From an uncultured Gemmatimonadaceae bacterium (lineage in GTDB: Bacteria; Gemmatimonadota; Gemmatimonadetes; Gemmatimonadales; Gemmatimonadaceae), in contig CAWBOC010000006.1 of assembly GCA_963790305.1 (NCBI GenBank), forward strand, positions 384,001 through 448,000: a stretch of 64,000 nt of DNA, given 5' to 3'. The notes below the pieces were generated by a model, which saw nothing but the letters and a program-made list of their open reading frames with translations, was not told the DNA's origin and made no database searches. The translations under genes were made by a program, and so were the position numbers. This document shows positions 40,693 through 51,189 of this stretch, in pieces; within the stretch, counting starts at the first letter, position 1, and each line of letters begins with the position of its first letter.

Positions 40693-42468
40693 TCATGGCC
40701 GCAGTCCAAGTGCATGCACGGCGTACCAGACCGACCATGCGAGTAATCCCGACAGCGTGGCGTCGCCGCCATTGGCCGTGGCCCGACCCTCGGCGTCCAC
40801 GAATTCCGCGCCAAGACCATGGTCGAGCGGTGCCCGCCGAAGCCATCGCAGCACGTCAGCGGCGTCCGGCCCGATGAGGCGCGCACATTGATGAGCAAGA
40901 TGCTCCGGCACAGATGCCACCCCGCGCACCGTGCGACGGTAGAGCGAGTCATCGCGCTGGAGCGCATCATAGAGGGGCAGCCAGTACGCTGACGCGATCG
41001 GGTCGTCGCCATCGGTGGTGTGGCCGTCGAGGTCGATCGCACTCGCGAGCGCAGGCTTCCCCGCTTTGTCCATGACGAAGTGTCGCATGAGCGCGGCGCG
41101 CACCGCGTCCGGCTCCTCGAGGCGATTGGCGGTTTCTTCATCGAGGGTCCTGCGCAGCACGTCGAGCATCTGCGCAACCACGGCGTTGCCGTGCAGCGTG
41201 TATGGCAGCGGCGCGGTAACTCCGGATGGAAGAATCTCCGTCGAGTAGAGCGGCACATCGGCATCACGCCGCCGCGCGAGATCTTCGGAGGAGACGTACA
41301 GCGTCTCGGCGAGAATCGGCTCCTCGACGATCTGGTCGTCGTTCGTCGCGCGGATGTAGCGGTCCGTGGCCAGCGCGTAGGCAGCGAGCCCCTCGAGCGT
41401 AAAGCCCGGCTCGAACATCGTTCCGTCGAAGTAGTGCAGCCCTTCACCGGGGACGTATCCGAGCACCTCACACGCGCGCAACAGAAGCTCGCGCGCCAGC
41501 GGTCCATCGGCGAGCTGAACCGCCGGCAGGGTCCACGACAGCGCCTCCCAGTCGCGCACCGTCACACCGCGCCCGTTCCACGGCGCTCGTGAGCGGACCA
41601 GATAGAGGTGGCCATCGTCGATCGCGCGTCCTACGCCGTAGAAATACGCGAACAACAAGTTGCTGTTCACGATTCTGTCGATGCCTTCGTGTCCCACCGT
41701 CTGCTCGAGCGCGCGCAGGGCATCGCGCGTCGTGGCGAGCAACTCGCTCCAACCGCGGCGCCGCATGACGGCGACCGTCGCGCACGCGCCGTCTCGCTCC
41801 GGCCCCACGGCCAGGTACACGGCGGCGTGCGCGCGCGCCGCCGGGGCAATAGTGATGTCCTGTCGTATCGTGAAACGCCCGCCCGCCGCGCTGATCTCGG
41901 CGTCACCTCCAGCGGCAATCGCAACGGCCGCCAGTCCGGGGAGTGCGGCGCCTTCGAGAAGGACGACGCCGTCGGGCGCCGTCGAGACGACGTGCGCGTC
42001 ATCCGCTGGCCGTGGCGTCCGCACGCGGATTTGTCGGTGCCCGAGCGCCCCCTCGAACGTCACTTCGAGCCGAGCCGGCGCCGAGCCGCGGTTGTCGATC
42101 GCCAAAGCGTACACGGCGCCGGCGACGTCGGCATCACGCCCGTGCGGGGCGAACAGTGTCCCGCGGACGAGAAGCGATTCGACCGTCGCGGTGAAGGTGG
42201 GGATCCATTCCAGGGCACGCTCCCACGCGAGACCCACGGCGCCTAACGGCTTGTCCACGCCATCGAGGCGCAACGTCGGGCGCAGCAGCGGCGCGCCCTC
42301 GCCCCGCAGAAAGTCCGACGCGCCGGCGATCTCGACGGCCGCGCGGGCGCCGCGGTGCAGAACGCCGAGCGCGCGCAACGACCCATCGCTCGGATCGATG
42401 CACGGCAGGGCAAGCCAGTGGTTGCCAGTGAGCTGCCAGGCGACGTCGGGCGCAGGTAGGCGTGACAT
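40693..42468 (-). CDS. Putative six-hairpin glycosidase-like protein (GH125-like)
   Basis: Beta-rich N-terminal half and helical C-terminal half with RDWEA..W.LPA...D..LARELL, Y.DG...EPGF.L and GL.AE..D...G patterns. Family assignment is uncertain. Confidence 0.55.
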   Translation of the reverse strand: MSRLPAPDVAWQLTGNHWLALPCIDPSDGSLRALGVLHRGARAAVEIAGASDFLRGEGAPLLRPTLRLDGVDKPLGAVGLAWERALEWIPTFTATVESLLVRGTLFAPHGRDADVAGAVYALAIDNRGSAPARLEVTFEGALGHRQIRVRTPRPADDAHVVSTAPDGVVLLEGAALPGLAAVAIAAGGDAEISAAGGRFTIRQDITIAPAARAHAAVYLAVGPERDGACATVAVMRRRGWSELLATTRDALRALEQTVGHEGIDRIVNSNLLFAYFYGVGRAIDDGHLYLVRSRAPWNGRGVTVRDWEALSWTLPAVQLADGPLARELLLRACEVLGYVPGEGLHYFDGTMFEPGFTLEGLAAYALATDRYIRATNDDQIVEEPILAETLYVSSEDLARRRDADVPLYSTEILPSGVTAPLPYTLHGNAVVAQMLDVLRRTLDEETANRLEEPDAVRAALMRHFVMDKAGKPALASAIDLDGHTTDGDDPIASAYWLPLYDALQRDDSLYRRTVRGVASVPEHLAHQCARLIGPDAADVLRWLRRAPLDHGLGAEFVDAEGRATANGGDATLSGLLAWSVWYAVHALGLRP

Positions 42469-42586
42469 TGGTGACGTTCGAGTTGACAACGGAGTGCGAA
42501 GGATGGTAGCCTCCCCGGCGATCCGTCAACGGCGGCTCGTGTTGTTTCATCTTGCGTGGTAACGACTTACATCCCTTCGCCAATCC

Positions 42587-44203
42587 GTGTCCGCCGTTCA
42601 CCGATTTCTGTCGGCCGCGCTCGCGGTCTCACTGCTCGCGAGCAGCGCCGGAGCTCAGGGTAGCCCCTGGTTCGGCGAGGACGCGCTCGTCCTCTCGCGC
42701 GGCATGGTGCGCCTCGGAATTGCGCCGACATGGACGCGCTTCGACCAGCGCTATCGGGCCGACGGCGAGACCGAGCCGCTCGCCACCGACCTGTCGACAG
42801 AGTCACTGGACGCGACGCGCCTCTCGATACTCGGGCCGCTCAGGGAACGCCTGGAGGGGCTGGGACCGACTCCCGACATCCCTGTCACGCTCGGCCGGCT
42901 GCGCGTGGACCACGACGCCAGCATCCTCAGCGTGCCGGTGTCGGCGGAGATCGGGATCGGTGCGCGGCTCTCGTTAGGAATCATGGTGCCGATCGTGCGT
43001 ACGCTCTCCGCGGTGCTGTTCAGCCCCAATCCGTCGGTGAACGAAGGCAACGTCGGCATCAACCCGGCGCTCGACAGCGACGACGCGCGCGAGCAGAACG
43101 AAGCACTGCTCGCCCAGTTCGCGAGTGCGATCGGCGCGCTTCAGGCGCTCATCGACGCCTGTGCCGATCCGGGCAACCCCGACCCGCGCTGTCCCCAGGC
43201 GCGCACGCCAGAAGCCCAGGAGCTCGCGGACAACGCGAGCGCCTTCGCGACCGGTATCGACGACCTCTACTCGCAAGCCGGATCGGTGTTCGTTCCGGTG
43301 AGCAACAGTCCCTTCGACGTCACCATTCGGAACCGCATTGGCTCCTTCGCGCAGTCCTTCGGCGGGTTCGACATCAACGACATCACGTCGACCGGGCCCG
43401 CCGGCGCGACCATCGCCGGCTCTGCCGATATGGTGCGGATCCTCACCGACTCGGCGTTCGGGTTGCGTGCGCAGCCACTCGCGACTCGCACGACGACCAG
43501 CATCGGGGACATCGAGGTCGGCGCAATGCTTCAGCTGCTGAACACCGTGAAGCGGGATTCGCTTCAGCGGTACGGCTCCGGCGTCCGCGCAGCAGTCGGG
43601 GCCTCATTCCGGTTAGGCACCGGCAAGGCTGACGACCCTGACGACTTCGTCGACGTCCCCAGCGGCGACGGGCAGAATGACGTCGAGTTGCGGACGCAGT
43701 GGGATCTTCTGCTCGGTTCCGGGTTCGCGCTCGGGTTTGGCGGACGCTACGTCGTGCAGCTTCCCGATCGGGAAATCGTTCGCATCACCGAGCCGCACCA
43801 GCCGTTCGCGGCGTACTGGCGACGCCATGAGGTCGACCGAGACCTTGGCGACGTCGTCGATATCCAGGTTACGCCGCGCATCGCGTTCGGGAGCTTCTTC
43901 TCGCTCATGGCGCAGTACCGAGCACGGCGGAAGGCGGAGGACCAGCACACTGGCCGGTTCGACGCCACCAATGACCTTGGCGAGCCCGTTACGCTCGAGG
44001 CGGCGATCCTCGATGCGGAGACCGAGCAGCGCGAGGATCGCGTCTCGATCGGCCTCGGCTACTCGACGCTCACGTCGGTGGCACGAAAGCGCGCGCGCAT
44101 TCCACTCGAGATCTTTCTGCAATACGGCGAGTCGATCCGCGGAAGCGGCGGGAAGACGCCGAAGCTCGGCGTCGGCGTCATGCAGGTGCGGGTGTACTTC
44201 TAG
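42587..44203 (+). CDS. Secreted, probable outer-membrane beta-barrel hypothetical protein
   Basis: Signal peptide, amphipathic strands, GDIEVG and RLGTG motifs, C-terminal QVRVYF. Confidence 0.65.
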   Translation: MSAVHRFLSAALAVSLLASSAGAQGSPWFGEDALVLSRGMVRLGIAPTWTRFDQRYRADGETEPLATDLSTESLDATRLSILGPLRERLEGLGPTPDIPVTLGRLRVDHDASILSVPVSAEIGIGARLSLGIMVPIVRTLSAVLFSPNPSVNEGNVGINPALDSDDAREQNEALLAQFASAIGALQALIDACADPGNPDPRCPQARTPEAQELADNASAFATGIDDLYSQAGSVFVPVSNSPFDVTIRNRIGSFAQSFGGFDINDITSTGPAGATIAGSADMVRILTDSAFGLRAQPLATRTTTSIGDIEVGAMLQLLNTVKRDSLQRYGSGVRAAVGASFRLGTGKADDPDDFVDVPSGDGQNDVELRTQWDLLLGSGFALGFGGRYVVQLPDREIVRITEPHQPFAAYWRRHEVDRDLGDVVDIQVTPRIAFGSFFSLMAQYRARRKAEDQHTGRFDATNDLGEPVTLEAAILDAETEQREDRVSIGLGYSTLTSVARKRARIPLEIFLQYGESIRGSGGKTPKLGVGVMQVRVYF

Positions 44204-44204
44204 G

Positions 44205-44301
44205 GGCGGTCGAGGCTATCGAGGTCGTCAAGGTGATCGAGGAATTTCCTCCTCCCGCGCACCTTGACTGCCTCGACGACCTTGACGGCCTTGCCCACCT
44301 T
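44205..44301. repeat. 9-bp tandem-unit inverted repeat (GTCGAGGTN family) overlapping the recN 3' end
   Basis: gtcgaggct atcgaggtc gtcaaggtg atcgaggaattt ... ccttgactg cctcgacga ccttgacgg ccttgccca. Confidence 0.82.
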
Positions 44302-45955
44302 TTCCAAGCAGCTCCCTCGCATGCGCGCGGGAAATGTCGCTCTCGGCATCGCCTCCGAGCATGCGGGCAATCTCGCTGATGCGCGGGGTGCCGTCGACGA
44401 CGCTCACGTCGGCCGCCGTGACGCCCTCGCGCGCGCCCTTCGTGACCACGATGTGGTGATGCGCGCGAGCAGCGATCTGCGGGAGGTGCGTGATCGCGAA
44501 CACCTGGTGATGCTGCGCGACACCGCGCAGCGTGTCTCCGACCTGAAGTCCAACGCGCCCACCGATGCCTGCGTCGACCTCATCGAAGACGAGGGTTGGA
44601 ACGCGATCGAGCCGAGCCAGGATGGTCTTGAGTGCGAGCATGATCCGCGAGAGCTCGCCGCCTGACGCCACTTTCGCCAGCGGGCGGGTGTCGTGCCCGA
44701 CGTTGAGCGTCACGCGATACTCGACGTCCTCGGCCCCTGTCGCCTGTATGGGATCTCGCGGACGAAGGCTGACCGTGAAATGCCCTTCCGGCATTCCGAG
44801 CCCGGGAAGCACCTCGTCGACGGCACGCGACAAGCGCTCTGCCGCGGTGCTTCGAAGCGTCGTGAGGCGCCTGGCGTCCTCAACGAGACGCGCACGCGCT
44901 TCGTCACGGCGACCCTCGAGTGTCTTCAGGTCGAACCCGGCACCATCGACGAGGCTCAGCTCCTCCCGCGCCTCACGAGCGACGCGCAACGCATCGACGA
45001 TCGTCGGCCCGTACTTCTTCGTCAGGCGAAAGAGCAGCTCGCGCCGCCGCTGGACCTCGACGAGGCGCGCCGGATCGAGGTCGATCGACTCCTCGTACTC
45101 GGAGAGCTGTCGCGAGAGCTCCTCCAGAGCGTAGAACGCGCTGTCGAACAGCTCCTGAAGCCGGCTCGCCGTTGGGTCGAGCTTTTGCACGTGCGCGAGG
45201 GAACGCTGCACGCTGGCGAGCGCGTGGAGCACCGCCTCGTCGCTTCCCTCGAGCGCCGACACCATGCCGGCTGCGGAGGAACGAAGCTCCTCGGCGTTCT
45301 CGAGACGCCTGGCCTCTTCCTCGAGCGTGACCTCCTCGCCTTCCCGTAATCGTGCTTCGTCGATCTCTTTCACGACGTGTCGCAGGTAGTCGGCCCGGCG
45401 CTCCGCATCGGCTCGGCGTGACGCCAGCGTCTCGATCTCCCGGGTGATTTCGCCCAGCGCTCGATGCGACGCGGCGACCTTCGCTGCGTGGTCCGTCGCG
45501 CCACCGAACGCATCGAGGATGCGGCGCTGCGATTCCTCATCGAGCAGCGTTTGCGCTTCGTGCTGGCCGTGCAGGTTGACGAGGCCGCGCCCGATCTCGG
45601 CCAGCGCCGCGGCTGTCGTCGTCGTATCGTTGATCCATGCGCGCGTGCGCCCCGCCACGGCAACTTCGCGACGAAGGACGACACGCCCTTCCTCGAGCTC
45701 GATCCCACGCTCGTCGAGCATGCGCTCGATCTCGAGCTTGTCGGCGACGTCGAACACGCCCTCGACGATCGCCTTGTCGGCACCGGTACGGATGAGCTCG
45801 GCACTCGCCCGTTCGCCAAGCAGAAGTCCGAGCGCACCCACGATGATCGACTTGCCCGCGCCCGTTTCGCCAGTGAGCACGTTGAAGCCGGGCGCCAGCG
45901 GCAGCGTCAGCGACTCGATGATGGCGAAATTGCGAATGCGCAGCTCGGTGAGCAC
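44228..45955 (-). CDS. recN: DNA repair protein RecN
   Basis: LTGETGAGKSI, HGQH, ASGGELSR, FDEVDAGIGG and ITHLPQIAA. Confidence 0.98.
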   Translation of the reverse strand: MLTELRIRNFAIIESLTLPLAPGFNVLTGETGAGKSIIVGALGLLLGERASAELIRTGADKAIVEGVFDVADKLEIERMLDERGIELEEGRVVLRREVAVAGRTRAWINDTTTTAAALAEIGRGLVNLHGQHEAQTLLDEESQRRILDAFGGATDHAAKVAASHRALGEITREIETLASRRADAERRADYLRHVVKEIDEARLREGEEVTLEEEARRLENAEELRSSAAGMVSALEGSDEAVLHALASVQRSLAHVQKLDPTASRLQELFDSAFYALEELSRQLSEYEESIDLDPARLVEVQRRRELLFRLTKKYGPTIVDALRVAREAREELSLVDGAGFDLKTLEGRRDEARARLVEDARRLTTLRSTAAERLSRAVDEVLPGLGMPEGHFTVSLRPRDPIQATGAEDVEYRVTLNVGHDTRPLAKVASGGELSRIMLALKTILARLDRVPTLVFDEVDAGIGGRVGLQVGDTLRGVAQHHQVFAITHLPQIAARAHHHIVVTKGAREGVTAADVSVVDGTPRISEIARMLGGDAESDISRAHARELLGKGGQGRQGRRGSQGAREEEIPRSP

Positions 45956-46824
45956 TACTCGCCCTCGTCGCGCTCGCGCAGCCCGCCCCAGCCGAGCTTG
46001 CGGCGGAGCACGGAGAAAAACGTGGTTTCGGAGAAGCGCACCACGACGACCGAAGCCGCAGCACGCCGGACCACCAGGGAATCTCCAGGCGCGAACATTG
46101 TTCCCACCTGTCCGTCGATCGTCACCAGAAGCTCCTCCGGCCCATCTTCCGCACGCACCATGACCTCGGAGTCGGCGGGAACGACGAGCGGGCGAATGGC
46201 GAGCGTATGAGGTGAGATCGGGGTCGTGATAATGAGGTGCTGCGTCGGGAGCACCACCGGGCCGCCTGCCGACAGATTGTAGGCGGTGGATCCGGTGGGC
46301 GTCGAGATAATGACCCCATCGGCGGCGTAGACGCCGACGTCCTCCCCATCGACCAGCACGCGAAGCTTTACCACACGCGCGAAGCCGCCCTTGTGCAGCA
46401 CGACGTCGTTGAGCGCCAGCCAGCTGCGACGTTCCTCGCCGCGACTGGTCTGCGAGTGCGCCTCCAGCTGCATGCGGATCTCGGCGAGATAGTCCCCGCG
46501 CGCGAACCGCTCGAGCGCGTCATCGAGCTGGTCCTGTCCACAGGACGTCAGGAATCCGAGTCGTCCGAGGTTGACGCCAAGGATGGGCACTTCGCGACCG
46601 CCAAGGAGCCGGGCGCCGCGCAGCATCGTCCCATCGCCCCCCAGTGTGATCAGCCCGTCGACCGCACTCCCGTCCTCGATGATCTCCCCTTCCCCGGCGA
46701 CCTCCGCGAGCCCGCGCTCGAACGCGACCGTTAGGCCCAGCTCGGGCGCGCGCTTCGCAATGCGACGCAGAATCTCGGGAAGGCCGTCATACCGCCGGTT
46801 GCCGACGACGCCGAGTCGTGTCAC
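45955..46824 (-). CDS. nadK: NAD(+) kinase
   Basis: LGGDGTML, GVNLGRLGFL, ALNDVV and DGVIISTPTGSTAYNLSAGGP. Confidence 0.97.
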   Translation of the reverse strand: MTRLGVVGNRRYDGLPEILRRIAKRAPELGLTVAFERGLAEVAGEGEIIEDGSAVDGLITLGGDGTMLRGARLLGGREVPILGVNLGRLGFLTSCGQDQLDDALERFARGDYLAEIRMQLEAHSQTSRGEERRSWLALNDVVLHKGGFARVVKLRVLVDGEDVGVYAADGVIISTPTGSTAYNLSAGGPVVLPTQHLIITTPISPHTLAIRPLVVPADSEVMVRAEDGPEELLVTIDGQVGTMFAPGDSLVVRRAAASVVVVRFSETTFFSVLRRKLGWGGLRERDEGE

Positions 46825-48710
46825 CCGGCGAGGGCCTCGCTCTCGAGTTGCGCACGGACGCGTCGCGCGATGCCAGCGGCGTCCAGACCGACGGCGGCCA
46901 GCTGCGACTTCCGCGGCGCCTGCTCGATGAAGCAGTCCGGCACGCCGTGCGTGCCGACACGAACGGTGTGATCGAGCTGCTGGATCACGCGCGCCATCAG
47001 AGCGCCAAAGCCGTTGACGATCGTGCCTTCTTCGACGACGAGCACCTGCTTGTGATCGGCGATGATCCCGGCGAGCGTGAGGGCATCGTACGGCTTCAGA
47101 AAGCGACAGTTCACGACCGTCACGTCGATGCCGGACGGTGCCAGTGTGTTGGCTGCTTCGACGCAAGGCAGGACCATCGTACCCGCGGCGAGAATGGCGA
47201 GGTCGCTTCCCTTTCGCACGACGTCCCACGTTCCGTACGGCACGGCCTCGATCTCGGACATCGCGGGAACGCTGTCGGGGGTCGCGTCACGCGGATATCG
47301 CAGGGCGAAGGGGCCATCGTGCGCGACCGCTGTCCGCAACAGGCCGAGCATCTCGCGTCCATTCATCGGAGCGGCCACCGTCATGCCAGGCACTGCAAGC
47401 ATGTAGGCGATGTCGTAGAGGCCCATGTGCGTGGGGCCATCCTCGCCGACGAGCCCCGCGCGGTCCATGCAGAAAACGACCGGCAGGTGCTGAATGGCCA
47501 CGTCGTGAATGATGTTGTCGTACGCGCGCTGAAGAAACGTGGAGTAGATGGCGACGACCGGACGGACTCCGCGCGTGGCGAGGCCGGCCGCGAACGTCAC
47601 CGCGTGCCCCTCGGCGATGCCGACGTCGAAGAATCGATCGGGGTGCGTACGCGCAAAGATGCTGGTGCCGGTTCCGGTCGGCATCGCGGCCGTGATCGCG
47701 ACGACGTCGTGGTGCTCCGTCGCAAGCTCCGTCAGTCCTTTGCCGAAGACGACGGTGTAGGCGGGGTTTGCGGACGATTGCTTGAGCTGTTTGCCGGTCG
47801 CGGGATCGTGCCCGGGCGGGAGTGCGTGCCACTTCTCGTCGTGCGCGCCAGCCGGGAAGCCTTTCCCCTTCTGTGTGATCACGTGCACGAGCCGCGGCGT
47901 CTCGAGGTCGCGCACCGCGGCAAGGGTGTCGACGAGCGCGTCGATGTCATGGCCGTCAATGGGCCCGAAGTAGCGAAAGCCAAGCTCCTCGAACAGCACA
48001 CCCGGCGTGAGGAACGTCTTGACCGACTCCTCCCACTTGCGAACGAGCGAGCCGACCGCCGAAAGCGGGCCCGGGAGATCGTCGACGATGTTACCGATGG
48101 CGCTGCGCACGCGGTTGTAGATCGGGTTGCGCTGTACCGATCCGAGGTATCGCGAGATGGCGCCGACGTTAGGCGCGATCGACATCTCGTTGTCGTTGAG
48201 CACGACCAGGATGTCGCGATCCGACGCCCCGGCGTTGTTCAATCCTTCGTACGACAATCCGCAGGTGAGTGCGCCGTCACCGACGACGGCGACAACCTTG
48301 AACGTCTCTCTGCGGATGTCGCGTGCCGCAGCCATTCCCAATGCGGCCGAGATGGCCGTCGCCGCGTGCCCGGCGCCAAAGGTGTCGTACTCGCTCTCGG
48401 CTCGCTTGAGAAAGCCGGAGATTCCGCCCTCCTGACGAAGAGTCTCCATGCGATCGCGCCGCCCGGTGAGGAGCTTGTGCGGGTAGCCCTGGTGTCCGAC
48501 GTCCCAAACGAGCTGGTCGAACGGAGTATCGAACACATGGTGCAGCGCGACTGCCAGCTCGACGACGCCGAGTCCAGCACCAATGTGTCCACCGGTGCGT
48601 GAGCAGGTGTCGATGAGCTCGTCCCGAATCTCGGCGGCGAGCGTTCGCAGCTCGTCGCGCGAGAGCGACTTGAGGGCGGCGGGTGACTCTAGGCGAGCGA
48701 GGATCGACAT
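46821..48710 (-). CDS. dxs: 1-deoxy-D-xylulose-5-phosphate synthase
   Basis: GGHIGAGLG, WDVGHQGYPHK, GDGA...LNDNEMSI, DVGIAE, YSTFLQRAYD and DRAGLVGEDGPTH. Confidence 0.98.
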   Translation of the reverse strand: MSILARLESPAALKSLSRDELRTLAAEIRDELIDTCSRTGGHIGAGLGVVELAVALHHVFDTPFDQLVWDVGHQGYPHKLLTGRRDRMETLRQEGGISGFLKRAESEYDTFGAGHAATAISAALGMAAARDIRRETFKVVAVVGDGALTCGLSYEGLNNAGASDRDILVVLNDNEMSIAPNVGAISRYLGSVQRNPIYNRVRSAIGNIVDDLPGPLSAVGSLVRKWEESVKTFLTPGVLFEELGFRYFGPIDGHDIDALVDTLAAVRDLETPRLVHVITQKGKGFPAGAHDEKWHALPPGHDPATGKQLKQSSANPAYTVVFGKGLTELATEHHDVVAITAAMPTGTGTSIFARTHPDRFFDVGIAEGHAVTFAAGLATRGVRPVVAIYSTFLQRAYDNIIHDVAIQHLPVVFCMDRAGLVGEDGPTHMGLYDIAYMLAVPGMTVAAPMNGREMLGLLRTAVAHDGPFALRYPRDATPDSVPAMSEIEAVPYGTWDVVRKGSDLAILAAGTMVLPCVEAANTLAPSGIDVTVVNCRFLKPYDALTLAGIIADHKQVLVVEEGTIVNGFGALMARVIQQLDHTVRVGTHGVPDCFIEQAPRKSQLAAVGLDAAGIARRVRAQLESEALAG

Positions 48711-48800
48711 GGCGGACGTCGCGTCTGGAAGCGTGCTTGAAATCTAGTGTCTAACCCTTGGAACCGCAGAAAGCCGTAGAAACTACGGGCGGCGCGCAGG

Positions 48801-49700
48801 TCAACTACGCCGTGATACCGAAAACCGAGCGAGATGCTCCAGCTCGGGCGTCAACAAGTTCACGGGCTCCAGCGCCCGACAGGCGTCGTTGGCTAGCTCG
48901 CTCGCCCGGGCGATGGCGCCGTCGACCCCGAGCACGGCTGGATACGTGACTTTCCCGAGCGCGGCGTCGCGGCCGGCGGTCTTGCCAAGCTGCTCCGAGG
49001 TCGCGGTCGCATCGAGCACGTCGTCGGCGATCTGGAAGGCCAGGCCGACCGATTCACCATAGCGGTCGAGGGCCCTCGCGTGGGCGCCGGTCGCGCTGGC
49101 CGCTGTCGCCCCAATGCGCACCGAGGCGGCGATCAGGGCACCGGTCTTCGCGCGGTGAATGCGCTCGAGATCGGCAAGCGATAGCGCCTTCCCCTCCCCT
49201 TCGAGATCCAGTAGCTGGCCACCCACCATCCCTCCGGCGCCCGAAGCTCGCATCAACTGCCGAACAATGCTGCCGCACGCCTCCAGAGGCAACCCGAGTG
49301 CTTGCGCACCTTCGAGTGCCGTACGAGCCGCGAATGGAACCATCGTGACACCGGCAATGGTGGCGACCGTCACCCCGAAGACACGGTGAAGTGTAGGACG
49401 ACCGCGCCGCACGCTGTCGTTGTCCATGCAGGGAAGGTCATCGTGGACAAGGGAGTATGCGTGGACGATCTCCACAGACGCGGCGAGAAGGCTGGCGTCT
49501 CCCGTCCCACCGGCGGCGCGATAGACGGCGAGAACCAGCTGCGGCCGCAGGCGCTTGCCGCCTCCGAGCATGCTGTAGCGGACTGCGTCACCGATCGGCG
49601 CAGGAACGCCGACGAGGCCTCGATCGCACACGTGAACGAGCGCATCCTCGATCGCGCGCTGCGCTGTCGCGAGCAATGCGGGAACGTCGTCAGCCGCCAA
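48801..49700 (-). CDS. ispA: Farnesyl diphosphate synthase (polyprenyl synthetase)
   Basis: GGKRLRP, SLVHDDLPCMDND..RRG.PT, GMVGGQ..D, KTGAL and FQIADD. Confidence 0.95.
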   Translation of the reverse strand: MAADDVPALLATAQRAIEDALVHVCDRGLVGVPAPIGDAVRYSMLGGGKRLRPQLVLAVYRAAGGTGDASLLAASVEIVHAYSLVHDDLPCMDNDSVRRGRPTLHRVFGVTVATIAGVTMVPFAARTALEGAQALGLPLEACGSIVRQLMRASGAGGMVGGQLLDLEGEGKALSLADLERIHRAKTGALIAASVRIGATAASATGAHARALDRYGESVGLAFQIADDVLDATATSEQLGKTAGRDAALGKVTYPAVLGVDGAIARASELANDACRALEPVNLLTPELEHLARFSVSRRS

Positions 49701-49902
49701 GCGGATCTAGTCGGAACGTTCCGTCCGGCCGCTCGAGCAGCTGCTGCACCTGCGTCTCTGCCTGTGAGAGCTGATCGGAGGCGCTGCGCACGCGGGCAAC
49801 GCCCTCCTCGAACAGCTCGAGCGCGCGATCCAGAGGGACGTCGTTGTGCTCGAGCTCGGAAACGATGGCTTCGAGACGTGTGAGGTCGGAGTCGAAGGTC
49901 AT
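49690..49902 (-). CDS. xseB: Exodeoxyribonuclease VII small subunit
   Basis: F...L..LE.IV..LE....PLD.AL..FEEG; between xseA and ispA. Confidence 0.95.
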   Translation of the reverse strand: MTFDSDLTRLEAIVSELEHNDVPLDRALELFEEGVARVRSASDQLSQAETQVQQLLERPDGTFRLDPLGG

Positions 49903-49928
49903 GGGTGCTCAGGGGTGCTCAGGGATGC
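49903..49928. repeat. Short GGGTGCTCA(G) tandem repeat at the xseA/xseB junction
   Basis: gggtgctcag gggtgctcag ggatgc; same unit as 63409-63484. Confidence 0.65.
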
Positions 49929-51189
49929 GCCGAACGGAGCTCTCAGTGCGAGCGCCGACTTCACCGTCGCGCACCAGAAGCGTGAATCGTTCGCCTGCTT
50001 GGAATTCATCCACCGACGATAGCGTGTTGCCTTCCAAGTCGCGCGCGACGGCATAGCCGCGGGCGAGCGTCGAGAGTGGGCTGAGTGCGTCGAGTCGCGC
50101 AGTCACGAGCTCGAGCTGCGCACGGCGGCGCTCGACGGAGATCTGCGCGGTTCGCGCTACATCGCGCGCGACGCGTGCGAGCCGAGCGTGCGCGTCGAGC
50201 AACGAGCGCTCGAGGGCGCCGCGCAGCGCCAATGTCGCGCTCTCAAGTGCGGCGCGCATGTCCTGGAGCACGGGCACGGCTGCTTCGGCGGCGGCCAATG
50301 GCGTCGCCGCGCGAAGGTCGGCGACGAGGTCGCACAACGTGATGTCTACTTCGTGTCCGACGGCCGAGATCGTCGGCATCGGACACGCGGCGAGCGCGCG
50401 AGCGACCCGCTCGTCGTTGAACGCCCACAGATCATCGCGCGCGCCACCCCCCCTTCCGATGATCAGCGTGTCGCAGCCCTTCCAGCGCGAGGCGCGCTCA
50501 ATGGCGGCGACGAGCTCCTCGACGGCGCCATCGCCCTGAACCCTGGCCGGAACCACGACGAGCTCGACGAAGGCGCAGCGCCGCCTTGCCACGGCAATGA
50601 TGTCTCGCAACGCGGCGCCGTCAGGGCTGGTGACGATCGCCACGCGTCGCGGATAGCGCGCGAGCGTTCGCTTTCGCTCGGAGGCCAGCAGCCCCTCGGC
50701 CTGAAGACGCGCGATGGCGACGTCGAGCGCTTTCCGCCACAGCCCATCGCCCTCGGCCGCTATTTTCGAGACGACGAACCGCATGTCGCCGCGCGACGGG
50801 TAGACGGTGAGGCGTCCGAAGGCGAGCACCTGCATTCCCTCGTCAGGCGGCGCCGGGATGCGGTGCTGCTGCGTGCTCCACACCACGCATCGCACCTGTG
50901 CACCGGCGTCGCGCAGACAGAAGTACCAGTGCCCACTGCAATGTGCCTTGAAATCCGTGACCTCCCCGCGGATCCAGAGGGGGACAAACGCGCCCTCGAC
51001 GATCTCACGCGCTAGGTTGGTCAGCGTGCTGACGCTGATCGCGAGGTGCTCGACGTCCTCGTGCAGGCGGCCGGGCCCACGCCGCTTGCGGGCCGGCGAA
51101 CGCGAACCTGGAGGCGTCACGTCGCCGAAGAGCGACGGCTCCAGGGGCTCGGAGACGCGTGCGGCCACACGCCGAGGGCGCGGCTTCAC
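49909..51189 (-). CDS. xseA: Exodeoxyribonuclease VII large subunit
   Basis: [43 protein letters not shown] and [11 protein letters not shown]. Confidence 0.97.
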   Translation of the reverse strand: MKPRPRRVAARVSEPLEPSLFGDVTPPGSRSPARKRRGPGRLHEDVEHLAISVSTLTNLAREIVEGAFVPLWIRGEVTDFKAHCSGHWYFCLRDAGAQVRCVVWSTQQHRIPAPPDEGMQVLAFGRLTVYPSRGDMRFVVSKIAAEGDGLWRKALDVAIARLQAEGLLASERKRTLARYPRRVAIVTSPDGAALRDIIAVARRRCAFVELVVVPARVQGDGAVEELVAAIERASRWKGCDTLIIGRGGGARDDLWAFNDERVARALAACPMPTISAVGHEVDITLCDLVADLRAATPLAAAEAAVPVLQDMRAALESATLALRGALERSLLDAHARLARVARDVARTAQISVERRRAQLELVTARLDALSPLSTLARGYAVARDLEGNTLSSVDEFQAGERFTLLVRDGEVGARTESSVRRIPEHP

